A DNA stretch of 64,000 nt from positions 8,821 to 72,820 of the forward strand of contig JBFYKH010000007.1 of the NCBI GenBank assembly GCA_041306075.1. Direction: 5' to 3'. This document shows, in pieces, positions 1-9,885 of this stretch (position 1 is the stretch's first letter; each line of letters begins with the position of its first letter). Origin of the DNA: Candidatus Altiarchaeota archaeon (GTDB lineage: Archaea > Altiarchaeota > Altiarchaeia > IMC4 > SCGC-AAA252-I15). The notes beneath the pieces were generated by a model that worked only from the letters and a program-made list of their open reading frames with translations, was not told the DNA's origin and made no database searches. A program made the translations under genes and the position numbers.

Positions 1-403
1 GAAGCCGGTCAGGACGGTCTCCAGGCACAAGATTCCCACATGGGACCTGAAGAAGGGCGAGCCCATCGGATGCAAGGTCACACTCCGCGGGAAAGCGGCG
101 GAGGAGATAATCAAGCGGACGCTCTACGCCAAGAACAACGCGCTCAAGCCCGGGAACTTCGACAGGAACGGCAACGTCTCCTTCGGCATACCGGAGTACA
201 TCGACATACAGGGGCTGAAATACGACCCCGAGATAGGCGTCTTCGGAATGAACGTGAACATAAACCTGGGAAAGCCCGGATACAGCATCCAGCGCCGCGC
301 CCGGAAGCCGTCTAAGGTCCCCTCCTACGCGAGAGTGCAGAGGGAGGAGGCCGTAGAGTTCATGAAAACAAAGTTTGGTGTTAAAATTGAAGAAGAAGAC
401 TGA
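1..403 (+). CDS. rpl5: 50S ribosomal protein L5 (uL5), C-terminal part, 5' end cut by window edge
   Basis: Frame 2 translation ...[18 protein letters not shown]...[28 protein letters not shown]...; stop TGA at 401-403. Confidence 0.8.
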   Translation, partial: KPVRTVSRHKIPTWDLKKGEPIGCKVTLRGKAAEEIIKRTLYAKNNALKPGNFDRNGNVSFGIPEYIDIQGLKYDPEIGVFGMNVNINLGKPGYSIQRRARKPSKVPSYARVQREEAVEFMKTKFGVKIEEED

Positions 404-554
404 ATCCGGCAAGAACAAGAAGGCCTGGGCGAAGAACATCAGCTGTAGCGTGTGCGGCACGAACAAGGGCATGATACACAAATACGGCCTTGAGATATGC
501 AGACGGTGCTTCAGGGAGGTCGCCCAGAGCATAGGATTCAAGAAACTGAGCTAA
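378..554 (+). CDS. rps14: 30S ribosomal protein S14 (uS14, zinc-binding type)
   Basis: Short ORF below the track cutoff: ...[47 protein letters not shown] with two CxxC pairs; start uncertain (GTG at 378 or TTG at 387); overlaps the L5 stop. Confidence 0.7.
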   Translation: MLKLKKKTESGKNKKAWAKNISCSVCGTNKGMIHKYGLEICRRCFREVAQSIGFKKLS

Positions 555-555
555 A

Positions 556-1161
556 ATGGCAGAGATAAAGCTTTTCGGGAGATGGGACTATAACGTGACG
601 CTCAAAGACCAGGGGATGGCAAGGTACATCTGCCTGAACCCGGTGTACATGCCGCACACGTCCGGCAGGTACATAGGCAAACAGTTCTCGAAGAGCAAGA
701 TGAACGTCGTGGAGCGGCTAGTCAACAAGCTGATGCGCTCCGGCCAGGGCACGAGGAAGGTGGCCGGCCGTTACATCCGGGGCGGCGGCAACACCGGCAA
801 GAAGATGAACGCCCTCAAGATAGTCGAGAATGCGTTCGAGCTGGTGGAGGCGAGGACCAAGAAGAACCCCCTCCAGGTCTTCATAGACGCGATACAGAAC
901 GCGGGACCGCGCGAGGAGACGACCACGATCATATACGGCGGCATAAGGTACCACCAGTCCGTTGACGTTTCGACGCAGAGGCGGGTCGACTTCGCCCTGA
1001 AGTACCTGTCGCTCGGCGCTTTCGCGACGGCGTTCAACAAGAACAAGGCGATAGCGGAGTGCCTCGCCGACGAGATAGTGTGGGCGTCTAATTCTGAGAA
1101 CAAATCGTACGCGATCCAGAGGAAAGAGGAGACAGAGCGGATTGCGCAATCAGCCAGATGA
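556..1161 (+). CDS. rps7: 30S ribosomal protein S7 (uS7)
   Basis: 201 aa; ...NAGPREETTTIIYGGIRYHQSVDVSTQRRVDFALKYLSLGA... is an S7 signature; directly upstream of EF-2 as in the str operon. Confidence 0.9.
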   Translation: MAEIKLFGRWDYNVTLKDQGMARYICLNPVYMPHTSGRYIGKQFSKSKMNVVERLVNKLMRSGQGTRKVAGRYIRGGGNTGKKMNALKIVENAFELVEARTKKNPLQVFIDAIQNAGPREETTTIIYGGIRYHQSVDVSTQRRVDFALKYLSLGAFATAFNKNKAIAECLADEIVWASNSENKSYAIQRKEETERIAQSAR

Positions 1162-1169
1162 GGTAGAAA

Positions 1170-3359
1170 ATGGGCCGTCAAGAGCAGGTAGCGGAAAAGG
1201 TAATGCACGTCGTCAGCGACTTGGACAGGGTTAGGAACATGGGCATAGTCGCCCACATCGACCACGGGAAGACTACGCTCTCCGACAGCCTCCTCGCCAA
1301 CGCGGGGCTCATATCGATGGACAACGCCGGCAAGCAGCTGGCCATGGACTTCCACGAGGACGAGCAGCAGAGGGGAATCACCATCAACGCGGCGAACGTC
1401 TCGATGACCCACGAATACGACGGCAAACAGTTCCTCATCAACATGATAGACACCCCCGGGCACGTCGACTTCGGCGGGGACGTGACGCGAGCCATGCGGG
1501 CCGTCGACGGCGTCGTGGTCGTCGTGTGCGCGGTCGAAGGCGTCATGCCGCAGACCAAGACGGTCCTCAGCCAGGCCCTCAAGGAGCGGTGCAGGCCGGT
1601 CGTCCTCGTCAACAAGGTGGACCGCCTCATAAACGAGCTGAAACTCACACCCGAGGAGCTGCAGAAGAGGCTCCTGAAGATCATAGCGGAAATCAACAAG
1701 ATAGTGCAGATGAAGCAGCCTGAAGGCATAGACTGGCGCGTGGACGTCAACGGCGGCTCGGTCGCGTTCGGAAGCGGCTTCCACAAGTGGGCGATAAACG
1801 TCCCCTACATGAAGAAGACGGGGATAGGATTCGCCGACATCATAAAATACTGCAACGACGGCAACCAGAAGGAGCTCTCGAAGAGGGCGCCCGTCCACAC
1901 AATCATCCTGGACATGGCCGTACGGCATCTGCCGAGCCCCGTCCAGGCGCAGAAGATAAGGATACCGCAGATATGGAAGGGCGACCTCGAAAGCGAAATC
2001 GGAAAGAGCATGATGGCATGCGACTCCAAGGGGAAGGTCGCCATCATGATAACGAACATACAGACGTTCGACAAGCGGGAGGGCGAAGTCGCCACCGGCC
2101 GGATATTCTCCGGCACCGTCAGGGAAGGCCAGGACCTATACCTCGTCAACGGCAAGATGCGCGAGAGGGTCACCCACGTCGGCCTCTACATGGGCGCGTC
2201 AAGGCAGAACGTGGAGGCCATACCCGCAGGCAACATAGTCGCGCTCACCGGCCTCAAGCACGCGTACACCGGCGAGACAGTGTCCGAGGAGGACATAGCA
2301 CCCTTCGAGGCGATACAGCACCACAGCGAGCCGGTCGTCACAGTCGCGGTCGAGGCCAAGCACATGAAGGACCTCCCCCGTGTAATCGAAGTCCTCCGCC
2401 AGGCCGCGAAGGAGGACCCGACGCTGAGGGCAGCCCTCAACGAGGAGACCGGCGAACACCTCCTCTCCGGGATGGGCGAACTCCACCTCGAAGTCATAAC
2501 CAACAGGATAAAGGCGAGCGGCCTCGAGATGGTCGTCTCCCAGCCCATAGTCGTGTACCGGGAGACCATAGACGGGCAGTTCGGCCCGGTCGAAGGGAAA
2601 TCGCCGAACAAGCACAACAAGTTCCTCATGCGCGTCGAACCCCTCGAAGACGAGACGTTCGAGGCCATAAGGGCCGGCAACATCGAGGAGGGACGCCGCA
2701 AGGACCGGAGCAAGGACATATGGCAGACCCTCTACGGCTACGGCATGGAAAAGGAGGAGGCCAAGCGCGTCATAGACGTCTACCACGGCAACATGATGAT
2801 AGACATGACGAAGGGCGTCCAGCACCTCGACGAGGTCATGGAGCTCCTCCTAGACGGATTCGAGAACGTCATGGACAACGGCGCCCTCGCGAAGGAGCCG
2901 ATGACGAAAGTCAAGGTCCTCCTCGAGGACTTGTCGCTACACGAGGACGCCATACACAGGGGGCCCGCGCAGATACTGCCCGCAGTCAAAAACCCCATGT
3001 ACATATGCATACTAAGGAGCAGGCCCGGCCTCCTGGAGCCCATGCAGAACGTGTGGGTCGACGTCCCCCAGCAGTACATGGGCTCCGTCACCCGCGAGAT
3101 GCAGCGCAGGCGCGGCGTCGTGACCAACATGACAGCGAAGGACGAGCTCATGACAATCGAGGCGAAAGTCCCGGTCGGAGAGTCATTCGGCTTCGCAGGC
3201 GACATCAGAAGCGCCACGGAAGGCCACGCGCTCTGGAGCACAGAGAACGCCGGATACGCCAGGCTGCCGACCGAGCTGCAGACCAAGATAGTCTCACAGA
3301 TACGCGACCGCAAGGGCCTCAAGAAGGAGCTCCCGAAGGCGGAGGACTACGCCAACTGA
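1170..3359 (+). CDS. fusA: Elongation factor 2 (aEF-2)
   Basis: 729 aa; N-terminal G domain GIVAHIDHGKTTLSDSLL, DTPGHVDF, NKVDR; full-length archaeal EF-2 architecture. Confidence 0.95.
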   Translation: MGRQEQVAEKVMHVVSDLDRVRNMGIVAHIDHGKTTLSDSLLANAGLISMDNAGKQLAMDFHEDEQQRGITINAANVSMTHEYDGKQFLINMIDTPGHVDFGGDVTRAMRAVDGVVVVVCAVEGVMPQTKTVLSQALKERCRPVVLVNKVDRLINELKLTPEELQKRLLKIIAEINKIVQMKQPEGIDWRVDVNGGSVAFGSGFHKWAINVPYMKKTGIGFADIIKYCNDGNQKELSKRAPVHTIILDMAVRHLPSPVQAQKIRIPQIWKGDLESEIGKSMMACDSKGKVAIMITNIQTFDKREGEVATGRIFSGTVREGQDLYLVNGKMRERVTHVGLYMGASRQNVEAIPAGNIVALTGLKHAYTGETVSEEDIAPFEAIQHHSEPVVTVAVEAKHMKDLPRVIEVLRQAAKEDPTLRAALNEETGEHLLSGMGELHLEVITNRIKASGLEMVVSQPIVVYRETIDGQFGPVEGKSPNKHNKFLMRVEPLEDETFEAIRAGNIEEGRRKDRSKDIWQTLYGYGMEKEEAKRVIDVYHGNMMIDMTKGVQHLDEVMELLLDGFENVMDNGALAKEPMTKVKVLLEDLSLHEDAIHRGPAQILPAVKNPMYICILRSRPGLLEPMQNVWVDVPQQYMGSVTREMQRRRGVVTNMTAKDELMTIEAKVPVGESFGFAGDIRSATEGHALWSTENAGYARLPTELQTKIVSQIRDRKGLKKELPKAEDYAN

Positions 3360-3421
3360 CGTATATATAAGGAACACAACAATAAGTAAAGCTAAATTTA
3401 ACAAATGGAGGATAGGGAAAA

Positions 3422-4693
3422 ATGGCTGACAAACCGCACATGAACCTTGTGTTCATAGGGCACGTGGACCACGGGAAGTCGACGCTCGTCGGCAGGCTCA
3501 TGTACGAGCTCGGCGAGGTCACAGAGCAGCAGATGAAGAACCTCAAGGAAGAGGCTGCGAAGTCCGGCAAGGCGACGTTCGAGTACGCCTGGGTCATGGA
3601 CTCCTTGAAAGAGGAGCGCGAACGCGGAGTCACAATCGACATCGCGCACAAGAAATTCCAGACTCAGAAGAAGTACTTCACCATCATCGACGCCCCAGGC
3701 CACAGGGACTTCGTGAAGAACATGATAACCGGCGCCTCCCAGGCAGACGCGGCCGTCCTGGTCGTCGACGTGCAGAACGGCGTGCAGCCGCAGACGAAGG
3801 AGCACGCATTCCTGTCCAAGACCCTCGGCCTGAAGCAGATGATAATCGCCGTCAACAAGATGGACGCCGTCAAATACGAGGAGGCAAAATACAACAAATG
3901 CGTTGACGACGTCAAAAGCCTGCTGAAGAGCATCGGATACGACGTCAGCAAGATACCCTTCATACCGACCTCCGCATACCAGGGGGACAACCTGAAGACC
4001 AAGAGCGCGAACACCCCCTACTACAAGGGCAACCCGCTCCTGACGGAACTCGACAACCTAGAGGCCCCGGCCAAGCAGACCGACAAGCCCCTGAGGCTGC
4101 CGGTACAGGACGTCTACACCATCACCGGCGTCGGGACAGTCCCCGTAGGCCGCGTGGAGACGGGCGTCATGAAGCCGAACGACAAGATAATCTTCATGCC
4201 GGCGAACGTCACCGGCGAAGTGAAGACCGTCGAGATGCACCACGAGCAGCTGCCGAAGGCAGAGCCCGGAGACAACATCGGATTCAACGTCCGCGGAATA
4301 GGCAAGAACGACGTCAAACGCGGAGACGTGGTCGGACTAGTCTCGAACCCGCCGACGGTGGCGGAGGAGTTCACGGCGAACATCGTCGTCCTCCAGCACC
4401 CGAGCGCGATAACCGTGGGCTACACGCCGGTCTTCCACATACACACCGCCCAGGTCGCAATGGAGTTCATAGAACTCATTAAGACCCTGGACCCGAAGAC
4501 AGGCCAAGTCAAACAGGAGAAGCCCGAATTCCTGAAGGCAGGCGACGTCGCGGTCGTAAGAATCAGGCCCACAAGGCCGACCGTCGTCGAAGCAGCCAAG
4601 GAATTCCCGCCCCTGGGCCGATTCGCAATCCGCGACATGGGCCAGACAGTGGCTGCAGGAATGGTCATAGAGGTGAAGAAGAAGGCGATGTGA
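3422..4693 (+). CDS. tuf: Elongation factor 1-alpha (aEF-1A / EF-Tu)
   Basis: 423 aa; [21 protein letters not shown] motifs; GGAGG RBS upstream. Confidence 0.95.
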   Translation: MADKPHMNLVFIGHVDHGKSTLVGRLMYELGEVTEQQMKNLKEEAAKSGKATFEYAWVMDSLKEERERGVTIDIAHKKFQTQKKYFTIIDAPGHRDFVKNMITGASQADAAVLVVDVQNGVQPQTKEHAFLSKTLGLKQMIIAVNKMDAVKYEEAKYNKCVDDVKSLLKSIGYDVSKIPFIPTSAYQGDNLKTKSANTPYYKGNPLLTELDNLEAPAKQTDKPLRLPVQDVYTITGVGTVPVGRVETGVMKPNDKIIFMPANVTGEVKTVEMHHEQLPKAEPGDNIGFNVRGIGKNDVKRGDVVGLVSNPPTVAEEFTANIVVLQHPSAITVGYTPVFHIHTAQVAMEFIELIKTLDPKTGQVKQEKPEFLKAGDVAVVRIRPTRPTVVEAAKEFPPLGRFAIRDMGQTVAAGMVIEVKKKAM

Positions 4694-4733
4694 ACAACAT
4701 CCCTTCCAAACACCCTTTTTTGAAGGCTATAAG

Positions 4734-5042
4734 ATGGAGAAAGCACGAATCATCCTCATAGGAAAGGAAAACAGGATACTGGACGACGTATGCGGCCAGA
4801 TAGTCGAGGTCGCCCAGAAGACCGGGACCAAATTCAGCGGCCCCATACCGATGCCGACCAAGAAGATGAGGGTGACATGCCGTAAGGCCACAAGCGGCGA
4901 CGGCACGGAGACATGGGACCGGTGGGACATGCGCATACACAAGCGCATCATCGACCTCAACGCAAACGAAAGGAGCCTGAGGCAGATAATGCGCATACAG
5001 GTCCCCGACGGCGTGCACATCGAAATCGAGCTGACAAAATAA
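4734..5042 (+). CDS. rps10: 30S ribosomal protein S10 (uS10)
   Basis: 102 aa; MEKARIILIG...IRIHKRIIDL...; canonical position after tuf. Confidence 0.9.
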   Translation: MEKARIILIGKENRILDDVCGQIVEVAQKTGTKFSGPIPMPTKKMRVTCRKATSGDGTETWDRWDMRIHKRIIDLNANERSLRQIMRIQVPDGVHIEIELTK

Positions 5043-5161
5043 AGGATAAACGACGGGGTACGAGGAACCCTATCCTCCAATACCCCGCCGAACCATTCTT
5101 TTAATACAGTAACCCCTTATTATCAACCCTAGACGCCCAACAAACGCTCTAGGACATAAAA

Positions 5162-5220
5162 AGCTCCCCTGGCGTAGACGCCCCAGATGCTTATGCATCG
5201 GGCGCTCCAGCCGGGGAGCT
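5162..5220. other. Palindromic tRNA-like / cloverleaf-like structured element (not a canonical tRNA)
   Basis: AGCTCCCC...GGGGAGCT 8-bp outer stem enclosing two hairpins (GGCG-TAGA-CGCC and CCCAGATGC-TTAT-GCATCGGG); shares the GCTCCC 5' end with the adjacent tRNA-Glu; too short (59 nt) and no T-arm. Confidence 0.3.
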
Positions 5221-5235
5221 GGTAGCATATAATAC

Positions 5236-5310
5236 GCTCCCGTAGTGTAGACCGGCCTATCATTCCGGACTTTCGATCCGGTGACTCGGGTTCAAATCCC
5301 GACGGGAGCA
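5236..5310 (+). tRNA. tRNA-Glu (anticodon UUC)
   Basis: Acceptor GCTCCCG/CGGGAGC, anticodon arm CCGGA-CTTTCGA-TCCGG (UUC), T-arm TCGGG-TTCAAAT-CCCGA, discriminator A; 75 nt. Confidence 0.85.
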
Positions 5311-6028
5311 AGACCCATTAAGGTTAAGAAAAAGAGCAAAGATTATATAGAGGGTTGTCGCTCTACATACCCGATGGAGCAGGCGATATACCCGAACAAG
5401 ACAGGCTTCACAGACTTTAAGACTAGCTTCTTCCAGGACCCCGCGATAACACCAGGCAACCGCGACACCGTCAAACAATTCCTAAAGCTGCACAGTAGCC
5501 TGGGAGTCAAAGAACGCAGGCAGCGTAACCGACCCAGTAAACTAAAGACCATCCTCCAAGACAATGTATTCTCCGGACAAGAGACTCGCTGGAGGGCGTT
5601 CATCTCGTCCTTATCCCACACTGCAAAAATTATTCCTTTATCTCATCCAGTTCTTTCACGAGCATGTGGAACGAACTCTCATCGAACCATAATCTGATGG
5701 CATTTATGCGTGGGGGGGGGGTGTGTCCGTCCCCATCTCATCGCATGATTCCTCCTCGTCCTTGGTTACTACATGGAAGAAGTCAGTGATTAGCGTGTGG
5801 ACTTTACCTGTGAGGTCGTAAGTTTCAACCTCAACCTCTTCGCCGCTTTGTCGTAACTCTATGCCCCTAATGCTTTTCATCTCTCCCCCCAGCTAGGTAT
5901 GCCCTTGACAGCGTATAAACACATGGATTTTAGGACATGAAGACCAATGTTCAAAATCCTAGTCGACCTAGTCGTTGAATGTGCTCGTTGCGTCTAGGCT
6001 GGTGCGCACCTTTTGAACGCTGGGAGAT

Positions 6029-6355
6029 ATGCATAAGGGCTTATTTACCTTAACCCTAATGGATATTATGGCAAATGCGAGAATCAACTACCTTATAGAC
6101 GCCCTACTTGGGTTGAGTTTCTTCATTACTGCTGCGACAAGCGTAATCATATTCCTTTTCCTGCCTTCAGGGGTCCGCCAGGGAGGCTACCAGGAGTTTA
6201 TGGGCATAACCAAAAGCACATATGGCCTTGTGCACACATACGTCGGCCTATTGATGATAGGCCTCTCGCTCGTACATCTTGTGTTGCACTTTGATTGGAT
6301 AGTGTGCATGACTAAAAACCTTTTCAAGAAAACCGGCGAATGTGCTGTAGAGTAA
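6029..6355 (+). CDS. Small polytopic membrane protein (DUF4405-like?)
   Basis: 108 aa, 2-3 hydrophobic helices; lies in the low-GC patch downstream of tRNA-Glu. Confidence 0.45.
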   Translation: MHKGLFTLTLMDIMANARINYLIDALLGLSFFITAATSVIIFLFLPSGVRQGGYQEFMGITKSTYGLVHTYVGLLMIGLSLVHLVLHFDWIVCMTKNLFKKTGECAVE

Positions 6356-6433
6356 TTCCCTGTCGGATTACGTGTTCAAATGCGGGGTTTTTTTTTTAAG
6401 CATGTGGCCCCATACTATTAATGAGGTGTTTTT

Positions 6434-7360
6434 ATGAAACTTATTGCCACAGTTGCTCTGTTGTTTTGTCTTGCGTCCGTCGCATGTGCCATCGGCCCCA
6501 TTGAGGGTCAGGGAACAGGTCAAGGGATTTTGATTCAAGAGGAGACTCAGAACGAGGGCGAAAGCCAGAACCTGACAGTCCAGCAGCAGACTGCTGCCGG
6601 CGCTGGGCAGGGCTCAGGCCAGGGCAGCATGGTCCAGCAGGAGACTCAGAACGCCGGCGAAGGCCAGAATCTGGCCGCCCAGCAGCAGACTGGTGAAGGA
6701 AAAGGCCAGGGCGCAAGTCAAGGCTCCGGTCAAGGCAATGCTGGCGCGGGTCAGGGGGCAGGCCAGTCCAGCATGGTCCAGCAGGAGACTCAGAACGCCG
6801 GCGAAGGCCAGAATCTGGCCGTCAAGCAACAGAGTGGTCAGGGCCAATCCAAGTCTGAGCAGATGGCGCAGGTGAAGCAGACGGTACGGGAGAAGAAGCA
6901 ACAACTGGACCGGGAAGTAGCTGGGATGAACAACAACCGGGACAAGCAGAAGGTGTTCCAGAACCAGAATCAGGTCAGGCTAGCAGTTCATTCCTTATTG
7001 GCGCTAGAAAACTTGACCGGCGGCATAGGCAAGCAGGTTTCACAGATTGCCCGGGAATTCGACAACTCCATACAATCAACGCTCAGGTCCGAGGAGAAGG
7101 TGCAAACTCGCGCAGGCGTGTCCAGATTCTTCTTTGGAGGGGATGAAGAATCCGCAGACGAGATATTGGGTCAGGTTACCCGCAACCAGGCGAGGATACA
7201 GCAGTTGAACCAATTGATGCTGGAGGGCGGCTTAGACGAGGATGTGAAGGCCATGGTGCAGGAGCAGATACGGATAATGCAGCAGGAGCAAGAGCGCCTC
7301 CGGCTGATGGCCCAACAGGAAAAAAATAGCAAAGGCCTCTTTGGCTGGCTGTGGAAATAG
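6434..7360 (+). CDS. Secreted repeat protein (signal peptide, Q/G-rich tandem repeats, C-terminal coiled coil)
   Basis: 308 aa; N-terminal MKLIATVALLFCLASVACA; three copies of ...SMVQQETQNAGEGQNLAAQQQTG... (about 80-bp tandem DNA repeats at 6600-6860). Confidence 0.55.
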   Translation: MKLIATVALLFCLASVACAIGPIEGQGTGQGILIQEETQNEGESQNLTVQQQTAAGAGQGSGQGSMVQQETQNAGEGQNLAAQQQTGEGKGQGASQGSGQGNAGAGQGAGQSSMVQQETQNAGEGQNLAVKQQSGQGQSKSEQMAQVKQTVREKKQQLDREVAGMNNNRDKQKVFQNQNQVRLAVHSLLALENLTGGIGKQVSQIAREFDNSIQSTLRSEEKVQTRAGVSRFFFGGDEESADEILGQVTRNQARIQQLNQLMLEGGLDEDVKAMVQEQIRIMQQEQERLRLMAQQEKNSKGLFGWLWK

Positions 7361-7543
7361 GCCGGTAAACAAGGCCTTAATGTTGGGGCATTGGGGAAGA
7401 ACCTTGGGATTGGGGGTATCGGAAGGGTTATTCATCCGATGACTGTGGGGAAGTATGTGCTCTGAGGAACTGCACTCCGAAAGGTGTTCCCGAAGGGAGT
7501 TATTCCCCTAGTAGGAGTTGATACAAAATAAACCCGGCTGAAG

Positions 7544-8077
7544 CTAGGAGGATACACTTAAATACTGGTATTTGTCGTAGCCGTTTTTCTCCCCGGACGG
7601 CCTGCATGCGCCGTTAACGCACCCGTAGGGGCAGTTGACCATCGCGTATCTGGCTTGGTTGCGCCAGCAGTACCATTTTTTGAGCAAGGCGGAGTTTACG
7701 CACTTGTCCATGTTGCCGTCCACCGTCCCCCGTGTCTGGGTGTTCCTGTACTGGTCTGTGGCTGTGCATTCGTATCCGCGCGCCCAATTGTTAGCGGTCT
7801 CCAGCGTGCATTCGCCCGCCAGGCATCCAAGCGGGCACTTGCGGACTTTCGATGCGGCGAACCCGTTTTCGCAGGACCACTTCCTCACGTGCGTGGAGTT
7901 CACGCACGAGTCATAATGTCTTCCATACGCATCCGTGGCATAGCCCCAGACGCTGTACTCCAAGGCGCTGCCGGTCGAGCTGCACACCCGGGTAATAATC
8001 GACGTGGAGTAGGACATGGCGGTGCCCGACATCAAGGCAGCCATCAAAACAGCCGCACAGACGCTGAACCGCCCCAT
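7544..8077 (-). CDS. Secreted Cys-rich protein with two repeated Cys-rich modules
   Basis: 177 aa; signal peptide; two modules ending ...CP(L/Y)GC(L/V)(A/N)G(E/A)C; same motif as the C-terminus of the 11580..12635 protein. Confidence 0.55.
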   Translation of the reverse strand: MGRFSVCAAVLMAALMSGTAMSYSTSIITRVCSSTGSALEYSVWGYATDAYGRHYDSCVNSTHVRKWSCENGFAASKVRKCPLGCLAGECTLETANNWARGYECTATDQYRNTQTRGTVDGNMDKCVNSALLKKWYCWRNQARYAMVNCPYGCVNGACRPSGEKNGYDKYQYLSVSS

Positions 8078-8176
8078 CGTTTACTCTTGTACTACCGGGT
8101 TAATAAAAGCGGTAAACCATTGGAAACTCGATGCTGCCTGAGCGCCATTCTCTCTCGTGCTTTAACCGGATGCAGG

Positions 8177-8734
8177 TCACTCCGCTTGGCCTATCAGTTC
8201 CCGGGCTATTGTTTTCGCGGTGTATCTGTCGTGTTCCGCGGCGTATGTTACCAGGTCTTGCGCCCTCGCCTTAACACTCTTCGATTCGCCGCCGTCGCCT
8301 TCCCTTGGAATCTGCCCCCTCCCGATTTCCCAGGCGGCTTTGACCGCCTCCACTCTCACCGATGTCGGGTACTTGGAGGCCTTCTCCGCCTCCGAAGCCC
8401 TCAGCACAACCTCCAGGTGGGAGAGCGCCTCGGGTATCCTGGATACGCCCATCGCCCGCGCGGCCGCCTCCCTGACGGCGGTCGAGCCCTTTGCTCCCGT
8501 GAGCGCATCCCCCATCTCCCGGATGCTCTCGTCCCACAAAGGCCTGAAATACGTGTTTCTGGCGAGGTAGCCGAGCGCGGTCAAGGCCTTCACCTTAAGG
8601 ATGTCGTTATCCCCCCCTAGGGCCTCCTTCAACTGTCTGAACCTTTCCCTGGTCTCCTCCTCCAATGTCAGGATTCCCGGAGCCGCACCCAGGCCTGGCT
8701 GCGACTCCTTATTGGATTTGGTTGCGGTCGACAT
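8177..8734 (-). CDS. HEAT/PBS-lyase-like repeat protein
   Basis: 185 aa; repeated ...VR..A..ALG.i... helical repeat pattern. Confidence 0.5.
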   Translation of the reverse strand: MSTATKSNKESQPGLGAAPGILTLEEETRERFRQLKEALGGDNDILKVKALTALGYLARNTYFRPLWDESIREMGDALTGAKGSTAVREAAARAMGVSRIPEALSHLEVVLRASEAEKASKYPTSVRVEAVKAAWEIGRGQIPREGDGGESKSVKARAQDLVTYAAEHDRYTAKTIARELIGQAE

Positions 8735-8781
8735 AATACCTACCCAGTAGGCTGCGGATAAATACGGCCACCCTGGCCGGC

Positions 8782-9660
8782 TTACGTTCTCGCCAGCCTG
8801 TTCGCCGTGATTGACGTACAGATGATGGCGTAGGGCATCGCCAGGAGCCCGCCTATGTAGGGGATGAGCATGCCGGCGACCTCGACTATCAACACGACCA
8901 TGAAGAGCTTCGCAGTGAAGAGGAAGTTCCGTTTTCCGATGCCGACGCTCCTCTTGAGTGCGCTGATCCCGCCCTGGTTTTCGACCAATGCCAGGGGTAT
9001 GGCGTACTGGGTGACCACTATCAGCCAGAGTCCCGGGATAACCAGGAGGATGAAGCCCACAAACACTGCGGCTGCCTGCGCGAGCAACAGCACCCAGCTT
9101 GCGGCGAAGTAGTCGAAGCCCTTGAAGATGTCTTTCACCCCGACTTTCTCCCCCCGTCCCGCCTTCAAGCCCATGTAGTACAGGCCGAAGAGGAGGGGTG
9201 GCATGGTCACTACGAGTATGGAGCCGAAGCCGAAGACCAGTATGCCGAGGATGAATGCGACGATGTTCCGCTTGTACGCCTCGAACGCCTCGCTGAAGAC
9301 GCTGGCTTTGGATGCGGGCGTCCTAGCCGGGGCGCCTTGACAGTATTTCCTCGCCAAGAGGCCCCGGTAGTCATCGATGCTCATCGACTCCAGCCTCCGC
9401 ACCAATTCTTCCAGCTTTCGGCCGTCTGATCCGGCATCCATGGACGCCAAAGGGTCCTGTTCGGACAGCTTCTTTTTCAGGGGTGCAATGTTCTCCTCCC
9501 GTATCTTCGCAAGCATGCCGTCCAGCCTGCCCTTGAACGCGAGATAATTCTCCTCTGTGACCTCCCCGCTAGACCTGCTCTTCTCAAGGCTGTCCTCCAG
9601 CTTGAAGTACTTCAGGACCGTCGCTCCAAAGCCGGAGTCCGCCATCGGTAACCTATTCAC
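8782..9660 (-). CDS. Polytopic membrane protein (hypothetical)
   Basis: 292 aa; soluble N-terminal region then 4+ TM helices. Confidence 0.45.
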   Translation of the reverse strand: MNRLPMADSGFGATVLKYFKLEDSLEKSRSSGEVTEENYLAFKGRLDGMLAKIREENIAPLKKKLSEQDPLASMDAGSDGRKLEELVRRLESMSIDDYRGLLARKYCQGAPARTPASKASVFSEAFEAYKRNIVAFILGILVFGFGSILVVTMPPLLFGLYYMGLKAGRGEKVGVKDIFKGFDYFAASWVLLLAQAAAVFVGFILLVIPGLWLIVVTQYAIPLALVENQGGISALKRSVGIGKRNFLFTAKLFMVVLIVEVAGMLIPYIGGLLAMPYAIICTSITANRLART

Positions 9661-9885
9661 CCGCTACATTAAAACCCGCGGAAACGGGATGTCCAGCGGC
9701 TTACTGGGCTCTCGGCGTTGTCTCTGCCGGCGTTTTTATCATCTGGGAATAATCCGGCCCGGAGTAGTCCCGGCACGAGCCTATGGGATTTCCGTCCGTG
9801 TCGTAGAATTTCTCGTATTGGTTCCGCCTACTCCGTCGTTTGAGCGGACAAACTCCATTGTGCAGTTTCCGACGGTGATATGCGG

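Noticed and set aside
771-1928. 385-aa minus-strand ORF antisense to rps7/fusA
   Set aside because: Antisense to two highly conserved genes; no motifs; GC-rich frame artefact.
1787-3370. 527-aa R/G/H-rich ORF in an alternative frame of the EF-2 gene
   Set aside because: Completely inside the well-supported fusA reading frame; the composition (Arg/Gly/His/Pro-rich) is typical of off-frame translation of GC-rich coding DNA.
5162-5220. Possible second tRNA upstream of tRNA-Glu
   Set aside because: The 8-bp acceptor-like stem and two hairpins total only 59 nt, with no T-arm or 7-nt anticodon loop. Kept only as a tRNA-like structured element.
5281-5697. 138-aa ORF starting inside tRNA-Glu as a gene call (split integrase N-fragment?)
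   Set aside because: No tyrosine-recombinase motifs are recognisable and it overlaps the tRNA, so it is not listed as a CDS. Retained only as a hypothesis in findings.
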